Positions 36,583-43,011 of a stretch of 43,524 bases of DNA are shown here, piece after piece. Every line of letters starts with the position of its first letter. The stretch's first letter is position 1. Location of the stretch: the NCBI GenBank assembly GCA_035533615.1, contig DATLTM010000003.1:1-43524 (forward strand). Reading direction: 5' to 3'. The notes beneath the pieces were generated by a model. That model was not told the origin of the DNA. It did not search any database and was given only the letters and a program-made list of their open reading frames with translations. This DNA is from Minisyncoccota bacterium. Its GTDB lineage: Bacteria; Patescibacteriota; Minisyncoccia; Phycocordibacterales; Phycocordibacteraceae. The translations under genes and the position numbers were made by a program.

Positions 36583-36588
36583 TATACT
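36583..36588 (+). promoter_or_regulatory. -10 box TATACT 6 nt before ATG 36595
   Basis: aggTATACTttatctATG with no SD. Confidence 0.5.
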
Positions 36589-36594
36589 TTATCT

Positions 36595-37002
36595 ATGGAA
36601 ACTCATCCCCTTACCGCTTCAGTGCTTCAAGACGACATAGTGCTCATAATTATTCAAGGAAATGTTACCGAAGATAGACTCCCGTTACTCAGAGAGGATA
36701 TAGAAAAAGGAACTGCCCTCCTCCAGGAGGAGTCACAGCGGGTTCTGCACCCGCTTCGTGTGCTTGTTGATTTGAGCAATCTCAACGATACCTATTCGCC
36801 AGAGGCTCTGTTATTGCTTGCCGACTTTGAGAAGAAGAACCGATCATATGTAGAAAGAACCATATGTTTCGGGGCAGATATAAAAATCAGATTCGCCGGT
36901 GAGATAATTTCAGCACTTTCAAACCGCGAGAACATTTCTTTTTTTGATACCAAAGAAGAGGCTTTAGCATCACTTAAAAGTGATGCTTCTCAGAGCAGAT
37001 AG
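36595..37002 (+). CDS. STAS / SpoIIAA-like fold protein
   Basis: The pattern 'DDIVLIIIQGNVTEDRL...LRVLVDLSNLNDTYSPEALLLL...ERTICFGAD...ISFFDTKEEALASL' matches the STAS/SpoIIAA-like layout. Assigned by eye only. Confidence 0.5.
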   Translation: METHPLTASVLQDDIVLIIIQGNVTEDRLPLLREDIEKGTALLQEESQRVLHPLRVLVDLSNLNDTYSPEALLLLADFEKKNRSYVERTICFGADIKIRFAGEIISALSNRENISFFDTKEEALASLKSDASQSR

Positions 37003-37080
37003 CCCTATCCCATAAAGACAAAGTATCTTCGAACGTATCCAAGAGGGAAGCGATTGGGAATCAACAACAATTCTTTCTTC

Positions 37081-37332
37081 TTACCTAGGAACTCGAGCTG
37101 TTCTGCGAGAATTCAGAATCAACATAGATCGAAAGACTCTCTTTGAAGAAGTAATGAATCGGAAAAAATTCCTAGAAAATTGAATCTGCATTTCTCTAAC
37201 GAAATATTTTGCTGGCTGGAAAATGTATTTATGCTCAAGCTCCAAAAGGAAAATAGTCGAGACTATACCAGTTGCAACACCAACGATCCAGAAAAGCACA
37301 ACCACCTCCGCCATCAGTACATACATAAGCAT
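37081..37332 (-). CDS. Small membrane protein with basic tail (83 aa)
   Basis: TM 'VVVLFWIVGVATGIVSTIFLL'. Repeat copy B lies 59 nt upstream. Confidence 0.5.
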   Translation of the reverse strand: MLMYVLMAEVVVLFWIVGVATGIVSTIFLLELEHKYIFQPAKYFVREMQIQFSRNFFRFITSSKRVFRSMLILNSRRTARVPR

Positions 37333-37390
37333 GATGACGAGTGATGAATTAGTTCTATTACAATATAAATCATGAAGGATCGTTTTTAAT

Positions 37391-37423
37391 GATTTGATCC
37401 GCTGGATAGAGGATGTTCGAACG
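37391..37423 (-). repeat. Island repeat, copy B
   Basis: Plus strand: gatttgatccgctggatagaggatgttcgaacg. Confidence 0.85.
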
Positions 37424-37464
37424 TATTTTGTCTAAACTATTTTATTCAAAACCTGTTTGAGGTA

Positions 37465-37599
37465 AAGAAAACCCCAGGCGCTGTAGCGACCTGGGGGAGC
37501 TTTTTAAAAGATCGCCTTCTTGCGCCCTGACTTGCTCAAGGGCAGTCACGCACGAAGTGGGGAGCTGTCTCAGCCGAGCCGTCCCGTCGCTTTATCGGC
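37465..37599 (-). ncRNA. Candidate ~135-nt small RNA (or 21-28-aa peptide mRNA) driven by the repeat-C promoter
   Basis: Minus-strand TTGACA (37629-37634) -N17- TAACTT (37606-37611), then a locally GC-rich segment with the stem GCCCT-N10-AGGGC. It ends at the terminator ccccaggcgc-tgta-gcgacctgggg (37472-37496) followed by TTTTCTTT. No ORF of 60 aa or more on either strand. Confidence 0.35.
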
Positions 37600-37627
37600 A
37601 TAGAAAAGTTAGCATGCTTCATATACT

Positions 37628-37664
37628 TTGTCAAGCGCTCCGCTGGATAGAGGATATTCGAACC
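37628..37664 (-). repeat. Island repeat, copy C
   Basis: Plus strand: ttgtcaagcgctccgctggatagaggatattcgaacc. Confidence 0.85.
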
Positions 37665-37674
37665 TGTTGTGGGG

Positions 37675-37680
37675 TATACT
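37675..37680 (+). promoter_or_regulatory. -10 box TATACT 6 nt before ATG 37687
   Basis: tggggTATACTctctcaATG with no SD. Confidence 0.5.
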
Positions 37681-37686
37681 CTCTCA

Positions 37687-37920
37687 ATGGAACGTCTTAA
37701 TTTCCCCTCTCATGAGCAAGGAGATGGCTATCTCGTACTTGTTGGGAACCTCATGCAGCAGCAGCTCGCGGAGCGTCATGGCGAGACTATCGAGACCTTT
37801 ATAGAGAGGCACGCAGCGCAATTTCGCGATGTACTGAATAAACATCCTGAATACATCGCAAAATTTGACGATAACGCTGAAGAGACGCTACAACACATTG
37901 AAACAATTCTCTACCATTAG
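37687..37920 (+). CDS. Small helical protein (77 aa), unknown
   Basis: The track GTG start at 37669 lies inside the -10 box. I prefer ATG 37687, 'MERLNFPSHEQGDGY...'. Confidence 0.5.
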   Translation: MERLNFPSHEQGDGYLVLVGNLMQQQLAERHGETIETFIERHAAQFRDVLNKHPEYIAKFDDNAEETLQHIETILYH

Positions 37921-38075
37921 GATCTGTGACCGCCAGTTGGATGAGTTCAGAACTCTAGATTGGAGGAGTATTGAGAAGGAATTGGGGGAGTTGAGTTGAA
38001 TAGAGGCTGTTAGGACCTGTTTGGTATAAAAAATCCGTCCAGGCCGCATTGGCGAGGACGGAAATTGCTGTCGGC

Positions 38076-38993
38076 TCACTGGTTCTTGTAGAGCTTAAGA
38101 AGTGCCGGGAAGTTCTTCGACGATGGTGCATATGTTGCTCCTCCACCGGTTGAAGTAACGATTCCAATGACTTCGCCCCACTCGTTATAGAGCGGACTAC
38201 CCGAGAAACCAGCTTCGGTTTCGCCCGCGATACGGATCAGCTGATACTGCGTTGGAATGACTTCATAAAATGGTTCGCGTTCTCCCATACCGGAAAGATT
38301 CTGCGAGATACCAGCATTACCTTTCGCGGCAACGGTGCCGAAAAAGGAAACTGGTCCAATCATCGAGATAGTATTCGGTGCGGTCTTGGTTTGAGCAGTA
38401 TCGACTATCACGTTCTCTTGTATTGACCTTCCATATACTGCTTCGCCAACGACTGCTTCTTTGAAGGGAAGCCCGCGCATGCCATTCGGCACCTTCTCGA
38501 CTTGAAGCAGTGCCAGATCCGCTTCTGAGATACTGCCAATATAACGAGCAGGAACACCACGGAAGGTTATTCCTTTGCCGTTTAACTGCTCGATGTAAGG
38601 CGGTAAGCAATGGTGCGCAGTGATGACCAGTCGTTTTTCCATGCTGGCTAGGAAACCGCCACACCGGAGTGTTTCTGTGACTCGCGCCGTCGTTTTTATT
38701 TTAATTTCGATGAGGCCGTATCCCTCCCTGTAGGCTTTTTCGACAGCAATCGGCAACAGAGCCGACTGATAAGCAATTGCAGTCTCGTACGGTACTTCGA
38801 TGCACTGCTTACCGAAGCACAACTTGCGAATATCGCCGCGCCCACGCGCTTCCACGCGCTTTGAGACAGATGTCTCTTCCTTGATAGGAATGGTTGTGCT
38901 CGAAGCGTTTGCTGGCGACGGTACCTGTGCTATTGCCGTCGTTACTGCTCCGATCAGCAGACGTGCCACAAGAATCCCAACTAATTTTTTCAT
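38076..38993 (-). CDS. Secreted trypsin-like (S1/chymotrypsin-fold) serine protease
   Basis: Signal peptide 'MKKLVGILVARLLIGAVTTAIAQ'. Triad candidates His 'VITAHHCL', Asp 'EADLALLQV' and Ser 'GFSGSPLY'. A GAGGTGG SD lies upstream. Confidence 0.8.
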   Translation of the reverse strand: MKKLVGILVARLLIGAVTTAIAQVPSPANASSTTIPIKEETSVSKRVEARGRGDIRKLCFGKQCIEVPYETAIAYQSALLPIAVEKAYREGYGLIEIKIKTTARVTETLRCGGFLASMEKRLVITAHHCLPPYIEQLNGKGITFRGVPARYIGSISEADLALLQVEKVPNGMRGLPFKEAVVGEAVYGRSIQENVIVDTAQTKTAPNTISMIGPVSFFGTVAAKGNAGISQNLSGMGEREPFYEVIPTQYQLIRIAGETEAGFSGSPLYNEWGEVIGIVTSTGGGATYAPSSKNFPALLKLYKNQ

Positions 38994-39080
38994 TTTTCCA
39001 CCTCATGTTTGTCAGTGAACTATTACCCCAATTGGGGATCTGAGAACCTGAAGTCTATAATATCACAATATATAGAAAAA

Positions 39081-39116
39081 GCAAATTTGCTCCGCTGGAT
39101 AGAGGATGTTCGGACC
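39081..39116 (-). repeat. Island repeat, copy D
   Basis: Plus strand: gcaaatttgctccgctggatagaggatgttcggacc, 88 nt from the ATG at 38993. Confidence 0.85.
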
Positions 39117-39138
39117 TAGGTGGTATAGAAACAATAAG

Positions 39139-39166
39139 CCCGTCACAGGCCTATTGCTGTAACGGG
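39139..39166 (-). terminator. Terminator of the DUF4406-like gene
   Basis: cccgtcacag-gcctattg-ctgtaacggg (one mismatch). The minus strand is followed by CTTATTGTTTC. Confidence 0.6.
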
Positions 39167-39179
39167 TCTTTGAACAACG

Positions 39180-39707
39180 TCATTCGGGAATGAGAGCTAA
39201 GACTTTCTCCGCGTACTCCAATGGGTGCTCTTCTTTCATGAATCGTCCAATTTCTTCGCGGGTAAGATCAGAGATACCAAGCTTAAACCTCACGAGCTTT
39301 TCGCGTTCAAAATATGCCCCAAGTGACGAATGCCATCCTGGAATAAACCATCCTTTGGTAATGAGTCCACTCTCGACAAGTCGCGTGTAGAAAACCGTCA
39401 GGATGGGCATGCAATAGCCTGAATTACCTTTTGCCTCCCATGCATACGCGAGGCGACGCAATCCAAACTCATATGGGACTTGGCTGAAGATATTCTCGCC
39501 CGCCCGCTGGAGTCCGCGAATCGCAGCGTTGAACACCTCGAAATTGTGTATCTGGTTGTTCGTACCTCCCGTAGATATCGGCCCGCAAACGACACCGCTT
39601 GGACCTTGTTCACGGAGGTTCTTTACTGCTATTTCCGCTAGCGCTTCAAACGACGCGGCTTCGATACCGTGTGTCTGGAGCTCTCTGGGTCCTGCTGCAT
39701 ATACCAT
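39180..39707 (-). CDS. DUF4406-like (nucleoside 2-deoxyribosyltransferase-like superfamily) protein
   Basis: 'VVCGPISTGG' (compare the 'ISGPMTG' of the family) and 'FIPGWHSSLGAYFEREKLVRFKLGI' (compare 'LPGWE.S.GA..E...A'). Assigned from memory of the family. A GGAGG SD lies upstream. Confidence 0.5.
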   Translation of the reverse strand: MVYAAGPRELQTHGIEAASFEALAEIAVKNLREQGPSGVVCGPISTGGTNNQIHNFEVFNAAIRGLQRAGENIFSQVPYEFGLRRLAYAWEAKGNSGYCMPILTVFYTRLVESGLITKGWFIPGWHSSLGAYFEREKLVRFKLGISDLTREEIGRFMKEEHPLEYAEKVLALIPE

Positions 39708-39758
39708 GACTGCCTCCGTAGAAAATAACTATGTCAGACTGTAAATTAGCATATTAGA

Positions 39759-39782
39759 ATCGGAACCGCTATCGGTTCCGAT
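39759..39782. promoter_or_regulatory. Perfect 10+10 palindrome in the divergent promoter region
   Basis: atcggaaccg-ctat-cggttccgat, 25 nt upstream of the TAGAAT box of the zeta-kinase gene and 52 nt upstream of the DUF4406-like ATG. Confidence 0.55.
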
Positions 39783-39807
39783 GTCGGAAGTACCCTTTGA
39801 ATCATAG

Positions 39808-39813
39808 TAGAAT
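39808..39813 (+). promoter_or_regulatory. -10 box TAGAAT 6 nt before ATG 39820
   Basis: catagTAGAATgtaaagATG with no SD. Confidence 0.5.
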
Positions 39814-39819
39814 GTAAAG

Positions 39820-40536
39820 ATGTCTCCAGATGAAATAAGAGCGCAGGCGATAGATTTTGCTAAAAAGCATAAAGGTGAGATCGCCGACGAATTAACTGAT
39901 ACCTCTCGTATTCTCTCGGACGAGCACCCAATCTCAGTGTTTATGGCAGGGTCGCCGGGAGCAGGTAAAACCGAATTTTCGAAAGAGCTAATCGGCATCT
40001 TAGAAAAGGACGGCCAACGTAAGGTCCTACGTATCGATGGAGATGATTTGCGCCAGCGTATGCCGGAGTACGTCGGCAACAATTCAGACCTCTTTCAGGG
40101 CGCGATTTCCATAGTTGTAGATAAAATTCACGACTCCATATTAGAAAAGAGACAGTCTTTTATCCTGGATGGGACATTCGCGAAGTACGAAAAAGCTTCT
40201 CATAACATTCGGCGTTCGCTCAATAAGCACCGTAGCATCTTTATCTTTTACGTATATCAAACGCCTAGCACTGCGTGGCGATTTACCCAGGCACGGGAGC
40301 AACTCGAAGGCAGGAATATTCCAAAGTCGGCTTTCATCGAACAATTCTGTGGGGCCAAGGAGACGGTCGAGAAACTACATCGTGAATTTACAGACAAAAT
40401 AGTGATATTTCTCGTGAAGAAAGATTTCAACTCAAGCGCAACTAAGGAGATGGTAAAAATAGTTGACCCCAACACCTCGATTGACGCATACGTCGGCGAG
40501 CATTACACTAAAGAAGAACTCGAAAAATCACTATGA
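39820..40536 (+). CDS. Zeta-toxin-family P-loop kinase (PF06414-like)
   Basis: Walker A 'VFMAGSPGAGKTEFSKE', 'LRIDGDDLRQ', 'FILDGTFA'. The length and layout are typical of zeta-toxin-domain proteins. Confidence 0.75.
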   Translation: MSPDEIRAQAIDFAKKHKGEIADELTDTSRILSDEHPISVFMAGSPGAGKTEFSKELIGILEKDGQRKVLRIDGDDLRQRMPEYVGNNSDLFQGAISIVVDKIHDSILEKRQSFILDGTFAKYEKASHNIRRSLNKHRSIFIFYVYQTPSTAWRFTQAREQLEGRNIPKSAFIEQFCGAKETVEKLHREFTDKIVIFLVKKDFNSSATKEMVKIVDPNTSIDAYVGEHYTKEELEKSL

Positions 40537-40733
40537 AATGGCTCAAAAACCTATTTGAAAGCAATGAATCCGCAGTAAAGACTCCTTATGTAAATGAATA
40601 TAAGGGTTTTTCTGATTTCCTCCGCAACGCGCCTAACAGGGAGAAAATAGCAGTTTTTACTGAAGCCGCACGACGCGCAAACGAGGATCAGAGGAATACT
40701 CTTGAGAAGGCACGCGTATTAGTAGCAGATTAA
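40533..40733 (+). CDS. Small 66-aa protein translationally coupled (ATGA overlap) to the zeta-family kinase
   Basis: The ATG at 40533 overlaps the TGA at 40534-40536. Helical and charged. No family recognised. Confidence 0.5.
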   Translation: MKWLKNLFESNESAVKTPYVNEYKGFSDFLRNAPNREKIAVFTEAARRANEDQRNTLEKARVLVAD

Positions 40734-40751
40734 GTTCTAAAGAAGATTCTA

Positions 40752-40785
40752 GACAAAGGCCCCACTCGCACTCGGGGTCTTTGTC
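40752..40785 (+). terminator. Terminator of the zeta-kinase operon
   Basis: gacaaaggcccc-N10-ggggtctttgtc (12-bp stem with one G-U), followed by TTGTCTT. Confidence 0.7.
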
Positions 40786-40800
40786 TTGTCTTAAAAGAAC

Positions 40801-40826
40801 TCGCCCGAGGATTTCTCCTCGGGCGA
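40801..40826 (-). terminator. Terminator of the lipoprotein operon
   Basis: tcgcccgagga-tttc-tcctcgggcga (11-bp stem). The minus strand is followed by GTTCTTTT. Confidence 0.7.
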
Positions 40827-40840
40827 TGTTTTGTGGACGG

Positions 40841-41122
40841 TCAACTATCGAACGTACACTGGTCGTCTGGTCCTCTCTTCATACGGACTGGATTGTAAAT
40901 GCTCCAGCCGATGAAGTACACGGGGAAGACAATCGTCTCGATTAGTATGATGCTCCAGACGACATTCCCAGCGGAGATTTCGTAGCAGACATTCTTGCTC
41001 TTGTCCGAATTCTCGTTGAATAGACCGTAGGTTGGATAAGTCATTCTCTCGGTATTAAGAGGATGGCCGCAGCCACTAAGCAGGATGCTCAAGGCAACCA
41101 CAACTGCAATAAATCTCTTCAT
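40841..41122 (-). CDS. Small lipoprotein with C-terminal TM
   Basis: Lipobox 'LSILLSGC'. 'VVWSIILIETIVFPVYFIGWSIY'. It lies 27 nt downstream of the preceding gene with a GGGAGAAG SD, so it is probably the second gene of an operon. Confidence 0.6.
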   Translation of the reverse strand: MKRFIAVVVALSILLSGCGHPLNTERMTYPTYGLFNENSDKSKNVCYEISAGNVVWSIILIETIVFPVYFIGWSIYNPVRMKRGPDDQCTFDS

Positions 41123-41149
41123 CTGCTTCTCCCGTAAAGTTACCTGCGC

Positions 41150-41488
41150 CTACATGAAGAGGTGAACAACCCAACCGAACAGCAGGGCTATCCTCGGTTT
41201 GAGGATAGACATCACAGTCGCACGGGATATTACTTCTCCGAACGATCGTTTGTCATCTCTCGAGTCGTGCGTTTCCTGCTTCGTCAGGTATCCGATGACG
41301 AGAGCGATGCCGATAGCCGTGGGGATTGAAAGTTGCGGCAGGTGGAAAACAGGCACCAGGAACCATCCCCACAGGACGCTCAGGGCGTATCCGTTACAAA
41401 TGCTGCTGATGACGATGAGTGCGACAACGAAAACGAAACCTCTGAGTACAGCCGTATAGACCTCCCTATCGAGATTGATGACAAACAT
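41150..41488 (-). CDS. 3-TM membrane protein, unknown
   Basis: Three hydrophobic segments. Repeat copy H lies 42 nt upstream. Confidence 0.55.
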   Translation of the reverse strand: MFVINLDREVYTAVLRGFVFVVALIVISSICNGYALSVLWGWFLVPVFHLPQLSIPTAIGIALVIGYLTKQETHDSRDDKRSFGEVISRATVMSILKPRIALLFGWVVHLFM

Positions 41489-41529
41489 CAGTTAACAACT
41501 GTTGATGTGTTAGCACAGTTGAATTGTGC

Positions 41530-41567
41530 TGTCAAATTTGCCCCGTACGTTGGTCGATGTTAGAACC
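41530..41567 (-). repeat. Island repeat, copy H (G/H subfamily)
   Basis: Plus strand: tgtcaaatttgccccgtacgttggtcgatgttagaacc. The minus strand has TTGACA-N17-TAACAC abutting. Confidence 0.7.
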
Positions 41568-41600
41568 TTGATTTGAGCCTGGAGGTGGTAAGACCACTCC

Positions 41601-41915
41601 TTACTTTGTATTTTGTTCTAGGTATCTTGCCATTGCCTGGCGTGCCCACCATCCAAAATATGGAGAAAAATTCATGTCCTCCTCTACGATCTGCATACTC
41701 TTAAGATATACGTTGAAAGCCGTATCAAATGTCGACATTCCTGCGTCAACCAATTTAGTCTCCAGAGTCGCACTCAGCTGCCGCACTTTTATGATTTGCC
41801 GAGCTTGATATAAAGCTGTAGTACGAACAGCCTGCCGTAGTTCTTCTCGGGCATTCAAATCAGTCACAGCTTTCTTTTCGAGATCTTTATCGTTGAGCGG
41901 GTCTTCTTCCTCCAC
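41601..41915 (-). CDS. 104-aa protein whose C-terminus resembles sigma-70 region 2.2-2.3 and then stops
   Basis: 'NFSPYFGWWARQAMARYLEQN' compared with the canonical '[21 protein letters not shown]'. GTG start with a TGaTATTGT-N6-GTG (leaderless-type) context. Confidence 0.4.
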   Translation of the reverse strand: MEEEDPLNDKDLEKKAVTDLNAREELRQAVRTTALYQARQIIKVRQLSATLETKLVDAGMSTFDTAFNVYLKSMQIVEEDMNFSPYFGWWARQAMARYLEQNTK

Positions 41916-41974
41916 GAGGGTACAATATCAGGAAATACCTATCCTAAACAGGAATGGATCGTTTGCACAAAAAC

Positions 41975-42008
41975 AGTCAAGCTCGGGTGGATAGAGGATG
42001 TTCGGACC
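41975..42008 (-). repeat. Island repeat, copy E
   Basis: Plus strand: agtcaagctcgggtggatagaggatgttcggacc. Confidence 0.85.
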
Positions 42009-42018
42009 TGTTTCCTGT

Positions 42019-42399
42019 TTAGACAATATTCTTAACCAATAAAATCAATTCTTCGAGCCTCTCGTCCATTCCTTCATTGACTTGGAGATGTCTTGGGAAA
42101 AGATTATCGTCTATAACATTGTTGCTTTGTGCTGGCACAATAAAGACATTACCGCTCGCAGGATATTTTCCTAAAACTACTCTCATTCCTTCATTTTTAA
42201 ATCTCTCTATCAGCTCATCTATCAGAGTTACATAACCCGGGTCTTCTTCCTCACTAGCTTTTATTGTTGCGTATGCTTCTCGATCAATGCCCGGGAAAGG
42301 AAAGACTTCTTTACTTTCGCTGAGTTCTACTGCCAGCGCAATAATTTTTTCCTTTTTCAGCCTTAAGATTTCGGACTGGTTTGGAGGTCCTTCTGTCAT
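42019..42399 (-). CDS. Hypothetical acidic 126-aa protein
   Basis: Track ORF 42019..42516 trimmed to 'MTEGPPNQSEILRL...', because the long form reads through repeat copy F and a hairpin. Confidence 0.5.
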   Translation of the reverse strand: MTEGPPNQSEILRLKKEKIIALAVELSESKEVFPFPGIDREAYATIKASEEEDPGYVTLIDELIERFKNEGMRVVLGKYPASGNVFIVPAQSNNVIDDNLFPRHLQVNEGMDERLEELILLVKNIV

Positions 42400-42423
42400 T
42401 AGAAGAGTGTACAATATATTGCA

Positions 42424-42457
42424 GAAATTTGCTCCGCTGGGTAGAGGATATTCGAAC
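42424..42457 (-). repeat. Island repeat, copy F
   Basis: Plus strand: gaaatttgctccgctgggtagaggatattcgaac, 25 nt from the ATG at 42399. Confidence 0.85.
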
Positions 42458-42519
42458 GTTTTTGATATAGAAACGAAAAGCCCACGATCGCGTGAGCTAA
42501 TCGTGAGCACATCCATGGC

Positions 42520-42921
42520 CTACCTTTGCAAGATCCGAAACACCCCGTTGTAGCGAAGATAGATCCTTTTTTGCCCGAGTTTGGTAGAGAGAAGTTCAGC
42601 CAACTCCTGGAGAGTTGATATCACTTCCTCATCAGTAAGCTGGGCATTATATTCTGGACTTACCTCACCATCGTAGAACACGACGGGTTCAACGATGAGT
42701 GAACCAGACGTACGCCCGTAGTAGTACATCTTGCTTTTCGTGATGCTTCCCGGCAGGTATATTCTTCCGCATTTCCTTTGTTCCAGAAGCCAACGGGCAA
42801 CAATCTCGCCGACCTCTTCTGGTTTATGAAGTGTTCTGCCTTCTTCGTATCCTTCAATCAGACCTATGCCCAATCGGAACGAGCGAGCAATTTGGTTTTC
42901 TTTGTTAAGAACAGTGAGCAT
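42520..42921 (-). CDS. Hypothetical 133-aa protein
   Basis: Clean ORF with no family recognised. Repeat copy G lies 91 nt upstream. Confidence 0.5.
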   Translation of the reverse strand: MLTVLNKENQIARSFRLGIGLIEGYEEGRTLHKPEEVGEIVARWLLEQRKCGRIYLPGSITKSKMYYYGRTSGSLIVEPVVFYDGEVSPEYNAQLTDEEVISTLQELAELLSTKLGQKRIYLRYNGVFRILQR

Positions 42922-43011
42922 TTGGGCACCCTCATTAAGTTAAACTCAGTCATACACAACGAGCGCACGCAGCTCGTACCTGTTTTGTCATTTAACATAT
43001 CGAATCCTATC

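Noticed and set aside
37641-37664. Sigma-54 (-24/-12) or ECF-type reading of the repeat core
   Set aside because: TGGATAG-N4-TGTTC lacks the essential GC of the -12 element. An ECF-like TGTCAA...CGAC reading works only for copy G, with an over-long spacer.
42400-42516. N-terminal extensions of track ORFs that read through repeat copies (42019..42516 through F; 36013..36546 through A; 43032..43289 ending in G)
   Set aside because: The repeat is crossed in different reading frames in different copies, and it also occurs where no ORF exists. Internal Met starts give sensible N-termini. The conservation is therefore non-coding.
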